DNA of 64,000 bases from an uncultured Actinomycetes bacterium (GTDB lineage Bacteria; Actinomycetota; Thermoleophilia; Gaiellales; JAICJC01): assembly GCA_963708725.1 (NCBI GenBank), contig CAVPTL010000006.1:96226-160225 (forward strand), read 5' to 3'. Under the pieces are notes generated by a model. That model saw nothing but the letters and a program-made list of their open reading frames with translations. It had not been told where the DNA came from and searched no databases. Within the stretch, counting starts at the first letter, position 1; the number at the start of each line of letters is the position of its first letter. Position numbers and translations under genes: made by a program. Positions 17,918-25,632 of this stretch are shown piece by piece.

Positions 17918-18715
17918 ATGGATCTGGCCGGAGTCCGCGCCCGTTACGACCGTTCACTCATCCGCGAGATCGCCGATGAGCTGATCAGGATCGAGATTGT
18001 CGACCGCGCGCTGGCGCTCGCATCGAAGCTGTTTGTCGCGGTGATCCCGCTGAGCATCATTCTGAGCGCAACCGTCCCGGGTTCTGAATCGTTCGGCGAG
18101 AACCTGGTGTCGCGATTCAGTCTGACCGGAGCCGGGGCGGCGGCCACCCGTTCGCTGTTCGCCACCCGCGGGACGGTGCGCGGTGCGGTCAGCATCATTG
18201 GGCTCGTGATCCTGTTCTACTCGTTGTTCAGCTTCACCCGCGGGCTGCAGCGGGTGTACACCGACATCTGGCGACTCGTCCCTCAGAAGTTCGAGGCGGT
18301 CTTGCGCCGTGCTACCTGGATCGTCGGTTTCGTGATCTACAGCTCGGTGCTCACGCCGATCCAGGACTATGACAAGAACCACCACGTCCCCTATCTGTAC
18401 GCCGGGGCGGCACTCGTGCTGGGGTCGGTGTTTTGGATCTGGACGCCGTACATCCTGCTGGGGCGGCGGGTTCCGTGGAGGCGGCTCCTGCCCACCGGGG
18501 TGATCACCGCGGCGGGGATCGCGCTGTATACGATCGGCTCGTCGCTCTATCTGCCGACGATCTTCACCCACAACGCCGAGCGGTACGGCACCATCGGGAT
18601 CGCCTTCGGCCTGGTCACCTGGCTGTTCGCCTACGCCGGCGTGGCGATCGCCTGCGCCGTGGTGGCGCATAGCTGGGATATCCACCACAACCGCCACCTC
18701 TACCCAGATGAATGA
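17918..18715 (+). CDS. YihY/BrkB-family membrane protein
   Basis: 265 aa, polytopic, with ..FYSLFSFTRGLQRVYTDIW.. typical of the YihY/virulence factor BrkB family. Confidence 0.6.
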   Translation: MDLAGVRARYDRSLIREIADELIRIEIVDRALALASKLFVAVIPLSIILSATVPGSESFGENLVSRFSLTGAGAAATRSLFATRGTVRGAVSIIGLVILFYSLFSFTRGLQRVYTDIWRLVPQKFEAVLRRATWIVGFVIYSSVLTPIQDYDKNHHVPYLYAGAALVLGSVFWIWTPYILLGRRVPWRRLLPTGVITAAGIALYTIGSSLYLPTIFTHNAERYGTIGIAFGLVTWLFAYAGVAIACAVVAHSWDIHHNRHLYPDE

Positions 18716-18893
18716 CCCATCTCCCCGCCGGCTGCTCTGTTGCGGCTGGCCCGCGGGTGGTGTGGCGGCGTCCCACGCGACGTGCGGTGCTCAACGTGCC
18801 TTCTAGGCACGCCTGCGCTCCGCTCGTCGCTCGATCCTTGCCACACCACCCGCGTTCTGCGCCTCACAGACGAGCAGCCGGCGGGGAGATGGG
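18716..18893. repeat. 178-nt long imperfect palindrome (nested inverted repeats) adjacent to a REP copy
   Basis: Outer arms CCCATCTCCCCGCCGGCTGCTC (18716-18737) and GAGCAGCCGGCGGGGAGATGGG (18872-18893) are a perfect 22-bp pair. Inner arms: CGCGGGTGGTGTGGC (18751-18765) pairs perfectly, 15 bp, with GCCACACCACCCGCG (18840-18854). The centre is GTGCC-TTCTA-GGCAC (18796-18810). Confidence 0.8.
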
Positions 18894-18895
18894 TC

Positions 18896-18928
18896 GTGAA
18901 TAAATGGTGCCAGGCACCATTTATTCAC
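18896..18928. repeat. REP-like palindromic element, 33-nt subfamily (centre A), 3' flank of RAYT pseudogene
   Basis: GTGAATAAATGGTGCCAGGCACCATTTATTCAC is a perfect 16+1+16 palindrome. It overlaps the last 8 nt of the RAYT ORF. Confidence 0.9.
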
Positions 18929-19596
18929 GGAGGCGGCGGACGACTGTTGATTGACTGACTCCGAGCTCTGCCGCGATCTCGTGCTGGGTGTAACCGTGTG
19001 CGATAGCGAGCCGAAGTTTGTTGCTGCGCACGAGATCGGCCAGCGGCGGGCGCTCGGGAAGGTCTCTGCCCTCGGCCACGAATTCGCGGTAGCGGTCGCT
19101 GGATCCGTCGAAATACTCAAGCGCCGAGTCGCGGTCAAGCGCCGGGTGTGCCGGGCCAAGCCCCGCGAGCGCCGCGTGGGCAGACCACGGCCAGCGATCG
19201 TGGTCTGCCACGAGTCCCGCCCGCCACGGGTTGAGGGCGATGTAGCGAAACGTCTGGGTGAGATGCTCGTCGTACTCGATCACCTTGGCGTAATAGCGGT
19301 CGCCGAAGAGGTGGCCGGCGCGGTCGTGCAACGCGTTGAACCGATGCGAGTGCGTCGTCCCGATCGCATGCATCCCGAGTGCCAGATTCCTGGCCCGCGA
19401 CGCACGCAGCATGTGGATGTGGTTGCGTGAGCAGGCAGTACGAGAGCAGCCGCCAATTAGCAGCTGCCCGGCGTGACCCATGAGGCGAGAAACGACCGCC
19501 GGTCATGGTCATCGACGAACGACGGGGATGCCGTCGTTCCCGCGCAGGGTGACGTGGTGCAGGGACCGGGTTCCTGACGTCGCGCGGCCGAGGCAT
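18921..19596 (-). pseudogene. REP-associated tyrosine transposase (RAYT; IS200-like Y1/HUH transposase), disrupted by frameshifts and in-frame stops
   Basis: ORF 18921..19481 carries NHIHML (HUH) and GHLFGDRYYAKVIEYDEHLTQTFRYIALNPWRAGLV. The upstream motifs MPRPRDVRNP, SLHHVTLRGN, FVDDHDRRSFL and LLSYCLL are present but split over all three frames. Two in-frame TGA codons lie at 19503-05 and 19509-11. Confidence 0.75.
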
Positions 19597-19665
19597 GGCA
19601 CCACAATAGGTGCCCGCATCGAAGAAGTCCCCGCAAATGTCAACAAACTGCACCGAGTCACACCC

Positions 19666-19697
19666 ATGAAGAAATGGAGCCTGGCACATCTATTCAT
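19666..19697. repeat. Degenerate REP-like element (33-nt subfamily, centre T), 5' flank of RAYT pseudogene
   Basis: ATGAAGAAATGGAGCCTGGCACATCTATTCAT differs from the 33-nt consensus GTGAATAAATGGTGCCTGGCACCATTTATTCAC by about six substitutions and one deletion. It overlaps the stop of the APH-like gene. Confidence 0.6.
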
Positions 19698-20628
19698 GCA
19701 GGAGGGAGTCGATCAGGGTGCGGGTGAGGGGGCGTTCGACGAACTCGGATACTCGGTCCACGGTGTGGTCGCGTTCCGCATCCGAGAGCGTGGGGTCGAG
19801 CCAGTCGGCGCAGGAGATCTCGAGGATGTGCCCCAGCTGGGCAATCGTCATTGAGAAGCTGCCGCGGCCGGAGATGCGGCCGCTGCCGCCAGCGTCGGAG
19901 TAGCTGCGAACAAGCGCCCGAGCGCGATCGGCGTCGCCGGTTGCGAACTCGAACAGCGCGTTTGCCAGCTCGTGCGATGGGTCGGCCGCTCCGCAGTTGT
20001 CCCAGTCGATCACACACAGCCCGCCGTCGGCCGTGAGTCGCAGATTGTCGGCCCACAGGTCGCGATGGCAGGTGCGAAGCGCGGCCGCCGGCTCGATCCA
20101 TGCCTCCAGCGCCACCAACTCGTCGCGCATTGCCGCCAACTCCGCTGCAAACGGAGCTCCACCAGCGGTCAGGTCTGCCACCAGCTCGTCCCAGCGAGCC
20201 GCTCCGACCGGCTCTGTGTACCACGGATCCTCGCCTCGGCTGCCTTCGAACGCCACGCAGTGGAGCTTCGCCAAAAGCGCCCCGACCGCGGCCGGATCGA
20301 GCCCCACGTCGGGCTCGTTCATCTCGACCCACTCGTGCACTCTCACCTGGGTGTCGCCGACCGCCGCGATCACATCACCCGCGGCCGTTCGCACCGCCCT
20401 TGGGGTGGGCACGCCCGCCAGCCGGGCCGCTTCCTGGAAGTCGGTATCCTCACGCACCTCGTCCTCGGTCTGAGGTTCGAACGGTTCTCGCACGGCCCAC
20501 GATCCGCGTGAGGATTCGAGTCGCCAGATCTGGCCCTGCTCGCCGCGGGCAACGGGACCCTCGAACTGCTGCGGGTCACCGAGCCCAAAAGCGCGCGCGA
20601 TCTCGGCGGCGGCGTGAGGTTCCAGCAT
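19690..20628 (-). CDS. Aminoglycoside phosphotransferase (APH)/protein-kinase-like family protein
   Basis: ..CHRDLWADNLRLTADGGLCVIDWDNCGAADPSHELA.. is the Brenner/HxDxxxxN plus DxD catalytic loop of APH-type kinases. Confidence 0.8.
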   Translation of the reverse strand: MLEPHAAAEIARAFGLGDPQQFEGPVARGEQGQIWRLESSRGSWAVREPFEPQTEDEVREDTDFQEAARLAGVPTPRAVRTAAGDVIAAVGDTQVRVHEWVEMNEPDVGLDPAAVGALLAKLHCVAFEGSRGEDPWYTEPVGAARWDELVADLTAGGAPFAAELAAMRDELVALEAWIEPAAALRTCHRDLWADNLRLTADGGLCVIDWDNCGAADPSHELANALFEFATGDADRARALVRSYSDAGGSGRISGRGSFSMTIAQLGHILEISCADWLDPTLSDAERDHTVDRVSEFVERPLTRTLIDSLLHE

Positions 20629-20639
20629 TCGGGCGAGTA

Positions 20640-20945
20640 TCAGCCGCCGCGCTGGTAGCGCTGTTCTTCCTCGACCGTGCGCTCGGCCGTCGGCATCGCC
20701 TCGAGCCGCCCGTCGGGGATCGGCTCGCCGCTTTCGATCGAGCGGCCGTAACTGCCGGCTGCGAGCCGTTCCTCCGCGCGTGCCACCGCTTCGAGCTCTC
20801 GTCGCAGATCGCCGATGCGCCCGTGATCGATCTCGGTCTGATGGAGATCGGGCTCGTCCTCGTCAGGTGCCGCCAGATCTTGCAGCTCACCCTCGATCCG
20901 CTGCCTCACCTGGGCGAGGAGTTCGGTCGCGCGCGCATTGTCCAT
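20640..20945 (-). CDS. TraR/DksA-like protein lacking the C4 zinc-finger cysteines
   Basis: 101 aa with a coiled-coil N-terminus. ..LAAGSYGRSIESGEPIPDGRLEAMPTAERTVEE.. aligns by eye to the DksA zinc-finger segment (G.YG.C..CG..I...RL.A.P.A..C..C), but all four Cys positions are non-Cys. Confidence 0.6.
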   Translation of the reverse strand: MDNARATELLAQVRQRIEGELQDLAAPDEDEPDLHQTEIDHGRIGDLRRELEAVARAEERLAAGSYGRSIESGEPIPDGRLEAMPTAERTVEEEQRYQRGG

Positions 20946-20987
20946 CTGGTCCTCTTTCGCTTGGGGCGTGCGCGCATGAGTCTAGTG

Positions 20988-21019
20988 GCCGGGGGCCCCG
21001 TGCGAGCGGGGCCCCCGGC
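20988..21019. terminator. GC-only hairpin between SRPBCC pseudogene and dksA-like gene
   Basis: GCCGGGGGCCCCG-TGCGAG-CGGGGCCCCCGGC is a 13-bp perfect stem with a 6-nt loop, 10 nt downstream of the stop at 21029. No U-tract on either strand. Confidence 0.45.
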
Positions 21020-21028
21020 AGATCGTGG

Positions 21029-21521
21029 CTATCGATCGAGTGCGGAGCCGGTCTCGAGCAGCGTCTTGAGGTCGCTCAGAATCCAGGCCCAGCCGCCGCC
21101 GGCGTCGGCATCCTCACCCGAGGTCACGCGCGCCGTGGCCGGTGCGTCGGTCAGTTCGTGGACGACGGTCAGCTTGGAGATGCCGTCCCCGGCCTCGGTG
21201 ATCTCCCACGTGAGCCGGGTCGCGGGCTCGGCCGACATCACGTCGTCGAACAACGCATGCCAGGTCTGCACCAGCCGGTGCGGAGGGTCGGATTCGAGCA
21301 CTTCGCCCTCCACGATGACGTTGGGCGAGCCGTACTCGGTCATCGCCTGCCGATGCAAACACCCGGTAGGCGCCGCCGGGTCGCAGGTCATATTCGGTCG
21401 GCGCCCGATAGCCATACCTCTCCGACCAGTCGCGGGCGGTGATCGCCTCCCAGATCCGCTCCGGGGTGGCCTTGATCCACACCTGATAGACGCGGGTGGT
21501 GGTGTCGGTGGTGGTGCTCAT
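21029..21521 (-). pseudogene. SRPBCC/AHSA1-domain protein with a single frameshift
   Basis: The N-terminal half MSTTTDTTTRVYQVWIKATPERIWEAIT..DLRPGGAYRVFASA is in the frame of ORF 21114..21593. The C-terminal half ..AMTEYGSPNVIVEGEVLESDPPHRLVQTW.. is in the frame of ORF 21029..21415. The switch lies near 21330-21365. The start ATG at 21521 has GGAGGA upstream and overlaps the ArsR stop. Confidence 0.7.
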
Positions 21522-21868
21522 GCCTTGTCCTCCAAATCGTGTTTGAGATCGAGCAGCGCTGAGACACGCCGCTCGGTGTACTTGTCGATCCACCGATCGT
21601 GGATCTGCCGAATCGGGACCGGGTTGAGGTAGTGCAGCTTCTCCCGGCCCGACCGGCGGGCGACGACCAAGCCCGCGGCTTCGAGCACCTTCAGATGCTT
21701 CATCACGCCAAACCGTGTCATGTCCAGCTCGGATTCCAGCTCGCTGAGCGTTCGGCCGTCACGCTCGAAGAGCAGGTCGAGAAGGAACCGACGGTTGGGG
21801 TCAGCGAGGGCTTTGAATGCCAGGTCGTCGTCGGTCATGGCCTCCACTATAGGTGACCTTATGGTCAC
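21518..21868 (-). CDS. ArsR-family transcriptional regulator
   Basis: ..FKALADPNRRFLLDLL..RTLSELESELDMTRFGVMKHLKVLEAAGLV..RSGREKLHYLNP.. is an ArsR signature. The GTG start at 21868 overlaps the upstream gene's stop (GTGA). An alternative ATG lies at 21838. Confidence 0.8.
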   Translation of the reverse strand: MTIRSPIVEAMTDDDLAFKALADPNRRFLLDLLFERDGRTLSELESELDMTRFGVMKHLKVLEAAGLVVARRSGREKLHYLNPVPIRQIHDRWIDKYTERRVSALLDLKHDLEDKA

Positions 21869-22581
21869 ATGTCAATCCGATCGTTCCAGAGTGCAGCCCA
21901 CTGGTGAGAGTCGAGTTCGCGTGCCGTCGCGCGCACCGGCGCCACGGCGCGCACGCCGTGGCGAAAGCCGCGCGCGACGAAGGAGCGGTACCGGCCGTGA
22001 TCGGACGGGTCGATCAACGGCGTGATCCGTCGCCGGAACACCAACATGCCGGCGTCGACGCTGGGGGGCGGCTGGAACGCCGATGGAGGGAGGCGGCGGG
22101 TGATGCTGACCTCGTACAGGGCGCCCCAGATCACGCTGTTCGCGCTGCTCGGCCAGGGCACGCCGCGTTTTCGGGCAACGCCCCACTGCACGATCAGGTC
22201 GGCGCGCTGGAGCGGTGTCTCGGCGTTGTCCAGCAGATGATGGAGCAGGTCGTTGGTGCGACTGAACGGCAGGTTTGCCACCACCCGGAACGGTTCTCCC
22301 GGCAGCGCCACCGTGGCGGCGTCGGCCTCGATCACCTCGACGTTCGGCCAGCGTCCGCGCAGCCGGGCCGAGAGCCGCGGATCGAGCTCGATCGCGACGA
22401 CCCGCCGCGCCACCCGCGCGAGCGGAGCGGTCAGGCGGCCGCTGCCGGCGCCGAGATCGACGACGACATCGGCCGCGGATATCGCGGCATCATGCACGAC
22501 CTCGGCGGCCCACTCGGGGCGCAGGAAGTGTTGGCTACGGGCGCGCGGAGGCGACGCGCGGTGCGCACGCCGGCCGGCCAC
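21865..22581 (-). CDS. rRNA adenine N6-methyltransferase family protein (Erm/KsgA-like)
   Basis: 238 aa. SQHFLRP.., VVDLGAGSGRLTAPLA (SAM motif), VVAIELDPRL and VVANLPFSRTNDLLHHLL (NLPF in place of N[IL]PY). The size is closer to Erm-type than to KsgA. Confidence 0.75.
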   Translation of the reverse strand: MAGRRAHRASPPRARSQHFLRPEWAAEVVHDAAISAADVVVDLGAGSGRLTAPLARVARRVVAIELDPRLSARLRGRWPNVEVIEADAATVALPGEPFRVVANLPFSRTNDLLHHLLDNAETPLQRADLIVQWGVARKRGVPWPSSANSVIWGALYEVSITRRLPPSAFQPPPSVDAGMLVFRRRITPLIDPSDHGRYRSFVARGFRHGVRAVAPVRATARELDSHQWAALWNDRIDM

Positions 22582-22621
22582 GGAAGACGAAGGTCGTGGT
22601 CATGTGGCGTAGCCTAACCCG

Positions 22622-23764
22622 ATGTCGAATGTTTTGGAAACCGGGGAGTGGGACGAGCACCTGGCGCGCGACACCGTCCGCGCGATCGTGGGTGACGCCC
22701 GGGCCCACCGGTCGTCCGCCGGACTGTGGCCGCTACATCCCAGTGATCGCGAGAGCAACGACGATCCCGACGCGTTCACCGGGCTCTACATGGGAGCCGC
22801 CGGGATGGAGTGGGCGTTGCGTGAGCTTGGTGATCCCACCCCCGATCGACCCAGTTCGCAGGCGCTCTACGTCCGATCGCCCGACACCGGCGAGGTCGTC
22901 CCGGGCCTGTGGCTCGGGGAATCGGGCCCGCTTCTGGTCGACTGGTTGGAGGCGCGCGATGCCGAAAGTGCCGACCGGCTGCTGGCCCGTATCCGCACCA
23001 ACGCCGGCCACGTATCGAACGAGATCATGTGGGGCGCACCCGGCACCATGCTTGCCGCCGAGGTCGTCCACGCCGAGTCCGGGGATGAGCGGTTCGCCGA
23101 GGCGTGGCGGCAGAGCGCCGACCGGCTATGGGGCGAGTGGCGGTACGACCCAGAGGCCGGGTACCTGTGGACCCAGGATCTGCACGGCTCCATCCAGCGG
23201 ATCCTCGGCCCCGCACACGGATTCGCGGGAAATGTGCGCGTGTTGTGGCGGGGGCGGCGGCTGCTCGACCCCGACCGTGCGGCGCAGCTCGAGCAACGCG
23301 CTGTGGCGACGGCCACAGGCTGTGCGATCCACTCCGGTGGGCTCGTCAACTGGCCTCCCGCTCCAGGCAGCGAGGCCAGCCGGCTGCAGTGGTGTCACGG
23401 CGCGCCGGGGATGATCTGCTCGCTTGCCGATGTCGCCACCGGCGACGCCGCCTTCACCGCGTTGCTGTGCGGCGGCGGCGAGCTGGTGTGGCAGGCAGGC
23501 CCGCTCGAGAAGGGCCACGGGTTGTGTCACGGTACCGCCGGGAACGGTTACGCACTGCTCGCCCTTCACCGCCGTACCGGCGATGTCCGCTGGCTCGAGC
23601 GAGCGCGGGCGTTTGCGATGCAGGCGATCGCTCAGTACCGAGGCGCCCTCGACCGATACGGGATCGGCCGCTACTCGCTGTTCACCGGCGACATCGGGCT
23701 TGCCCTGTACCTCGAGAGCTGCGTTTCGGCCGACCCCGGATTTCCGATGATCGATCGCTTCTGA
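22622..23764 (+). CDS. LanC-like (lanthionine synthetase C family) protein, stand-alone
   Basis: 380 aa. IMWGAPGTML, LQWCHGAPGMI and GHGLCHGTAGNGYALL contain the GxxG repeats and the Cys/Cys-His zinc ligands of LanC. Confidence 0.85.
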   Translation: MSNVLETGEWDEHLARDTVRAIVGDARAHRSSAGLWPLHPSDRESNDDPDAFTGLYMGAAGMEWALRELGDPTPDRPSSQALYVRSPDTGEVVPGLWLGESGPLLVDWLEARDAESADRLLARIRTNAGHVSNEIMWGAPGTMLAAEVVHAESGDERFAEAWRQSADRLWGEWRYDPEAGYLWTQDLHGSIQRILGPAHGFAGNVRVLWRGRRLLDPDRAAQLEQRAVATATGCAIHSGGLVNWPPAPGSEASRLQWCHGAPGMICSLADVATGDAAFTALLCGGGELVWQAGPLEKGHGLCHGTAGNGYALLALHRRTGDVRWLERARAFAMQAIAQYRGALDRYGIGRYSLFTGDIGLALYLESCVSADPGFPMIDRF

Positions 23765-23765
23765 C

Positions 23766-24425
23766 TCAGCCGAAACGGCGGCGGGGCGGCTCGGCCGACG
23801 GGCCAACCTCGGACTTCAGCCAATCCATGAGCGGCTCTGTGGTGGCGAGTAGCTCGACCACCCGGTCCTTCGCCCTGGCGGTTGCCAGCCACGGCTCGAT
23901 CGGCCAGCGTTTCCACGCGATCACGCCCTTGTAGCGCAAGAGTTCGATCCGAGCATGGTCGGGGGAGTAGCCGCGTGGCGCGGTCTTGAGAGGGTCGGCG
24001 CCGGAGACCTCGATGTCGTTTCGCCGAACCTCGGCGATCACCGACTCGAGCCGGATCCCGCTCGATTCCCGATCCACGGCTTCGCGGTAGCGAGTGAGCT
24101 GGTCGGGAGCGAGGTGGTAGTAGCCGCTGCCGGCGCGCAGGCCCGCCGCCGAGATCTGGACGTACCCGTCACCGATCCTCGAGCCGAGCCCGGTGCGATA
24201 TGGGCTCTTGTCCTTGGAGAAGCGGATGTCGCGGTAGGGCCGCATGATCCGGGCCTCGCCGAGCTGCGGCTCGAGTTCCGAGACCAGCGCTTCCATCGGG
24301 GCGTACACGTACTCGTCGAACTCGTGCTTGTGGGCGGTCCAGTACGTCTTCGAGTTGTCGGCCTCGAGGCCGCGGTAAAACGCGAGCGCCTCGTCACCCC
24401 AGCCGCGAAACGGCTGGTCAGACAC
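23766..24425 (-). CDS. DUF2461 (TIGR02453) family protein
   Basis: ..FRGWGDEALAFYRGLEADNSKTYW.. and ..MRPYRDIRFSKDKSPYRT.. are DUF2461 motifs. The start is set at GTG 24425 (219 aa), overlapping the upstream small ORF's stop. The upstream extension of ORF 23766..24605 was rejected. Confidence 0.8.
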   Translation of the reverse strand: MSDQPFRGWGDEALAFYRGLEADNSKTYWTAHKHEFDEYVYAPMEALVSELEPQLGEARIMRPYRDIRFSKDKSPYRTGLGSRIGDGYVQISAAGLRAGSGYYHLAPDQLTRYREAVDRESSGIRLESVIAEVRRNDIEVSGADPLKTAPRGYSPDHARIELLRYKGVIAWKRWPIEPWLATARAKDRVVELLATTEPLMDWLKSEVGPSAEPPRRRFG

Positions 24426-24633
24426 CCACGGAGTGGCGTCGGCCCTTGCGATCGACGAGCACGAGCTCGGAGTCGCTTCGGCTCTCGACCCGGCCGCCGT
24501 CGCGCAGTACCTGCTCGGTGAAGGCGCGATCGAACTCGGCCTGCCAGTGCGCGGAGTTGCCGCAGCAGCCCTGCATCTTGAATGAGAATCGCCCAGATTC
24601 GTCACGCTTGATCTGAAAACCGGCCATACCCAA
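24418..24633 (-). CDS. Small hypothetical protein (71 aa), coupled to DUF2461 gene
   Basis: MGMAGFQIKRDESGRFSFKMQGCCGNSAHW.. has G/C-rich third codon positions. It is wedged between the agmatinase stop (24637) and the DUF2461 start with overlap. No family recognised. Confidence 0.4.
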   Translation of the reverse strand: MGMAGFQIKRDESGRFSFKMQGCCGNSAHWQAEFDRAFTEQVLRDGGRVESRSDSELVLVDRKGRRHSVGV

Positions 24634-24636
24634 AAA

Positions 24637-25608
24637 CTAGCGCATACCGACGCGCTTGACCGTGATCCCCGTCAGGATCTCGCGCACGATCCGCTCGGCC
24701 ACCAGCGCGGTGATGTCGGCCGATCCCACGGCCGTGGGAGCCACCTCGACCACGTCGGCGCCGACCAGTTCGACCTGGGAGGCGATCAAGCGGCAGGCCA
24801 GCAATAGCTCGGTGGGGGTGAGACCGCCCGGCTCGGGCGTGCCGGTGCCCGGAGCGAAGGCGGGATCCAGCACGTCGACGTCGACTGTCAGCATCACGGG
24901 CCCCTCGCCCACGATCGCAAGCGTCTGTTCGACGATGGCGCGGATCCCCTGGTCGCGTACGTCGTGGGCGAAAAAGCTGGTGATGCCACGGTCGCGCTGC
25001 CACCCAAACTCGTCCTCGCCCGGCCAGTAGCCGCGCAGCCCGATCTGGACGTAGCGGGTGGGGTCGACGTGGCCGTCCTCGACCATCCGGTACATCGGCG
25101 TCCCGTGGGAGAGTTTCTGGCCCCAAAGCTCGGCGGCGGTATCGGTGTGAGTGTCGAAGTGGATCAACCCCACCGGCCCATGGTGAGCCGCGAGGGCGGC
25201 CACCTCGGGCAGGGTGATCGAGTGATCGCCACCGAGCAGAAATGGCATCACGCCGGCCGCCACCACGGTCGCGGTGATGTCACGAATCGCGGCGTGGGAC
25301 GCAACCGGGTCGGCGGGGATCACCGCCGCGTCGCCGAAGTCGACCAGTTTCAGCTCGGTGAAGGCATCGACCCCGGCTTCCAGGTGCGGACCGCCGGGGG
25401 CACTCGCCGACCGGATCGCACGTGGCCCGAACCGCGTGCCCGGGCGATCGGACACGAGCTCATCCATCGGCGCGCCGACGATTGCCACGTCGAATCCGTC
25501 GAGCTCCGCGGGATCCTCCGTGTACGGCAAGCCGGCGAAGGTCAGAAGCCCGGCATAGTCGGGCTTCTTGTCGACGAGGTGCGCCCAGCGCTTGTCCGGA
25601 TCGATCAC
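24637..25608 (-). CDS. Agmatinase/ureohydrolase (arginase family)
   Basis: GGDHSITLP, IHFDTHTD and DVDVLDPAFAPGTGTPEPGGLT are Mn-binding motifs of the arginase/agmatinase family. Confidence 0.85.
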   Translation of the reverse strand: MIDPDKRWAHLVDKKPDYAGLLTFAGLPYTEDPAELDGFDVAIVGAPMDELVSDRPGTRFGPRAIRSASAPGGPHLEAGVDAFTELKLVDFGDAAVIPADPVASHAAIRDITATVVAAGVMPFLLGGDHSITLPEVAALAAHHGPVGLIHFDTHTDTAAELWGQKLSHGTPMYRMVEDGHVDPTRYVQIGLRGYWPGEDEFGWQRDRGITSFFAHDVRDQGIRAIVEQTLAIVGEGPVMLTVDVDVLDPAFAPGTGTPEPGGLTPTELLLACRLIASQVELVGADVVEVAPTAVGSADITALVAERIVREILTGITVKRVGMR

Positions 25609-25632
25609 CCGCCTAGGCTACATCGCCGGGCG

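Noticed and set aside
20100-21632. 510-aa plus-strand ORF spanning the APH, dksA-like and SRPBCC loci
   Set aside because: It is Pro/Arg/Ala-rich with no motifs, and it is antisense to three minus-strand genes that have recognisable signatures.
21853-21868. Palindrome GTGACC-TTAT-GGTCAC as an ArsR operator
   Set aside because: It lies inside the coding overlap of the Erm-like gene's 3' end and the ArsR GTG start. It would only be promoter-proximal if ArsR started at the weaker ATG 21838 (RBS spacing of only 2 nt). It is more likely coincidental or an internal element.
22582-23764. Lanthipeptide biosynthetic gene cluster around the LanC-like gene
   Set aside because: No precursor-like short ORF, LanB/LanM/LanKC dehydratase, protease or ABC exporter is present within about 10 kb. 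This is a stand-alone LanC-like protein only.
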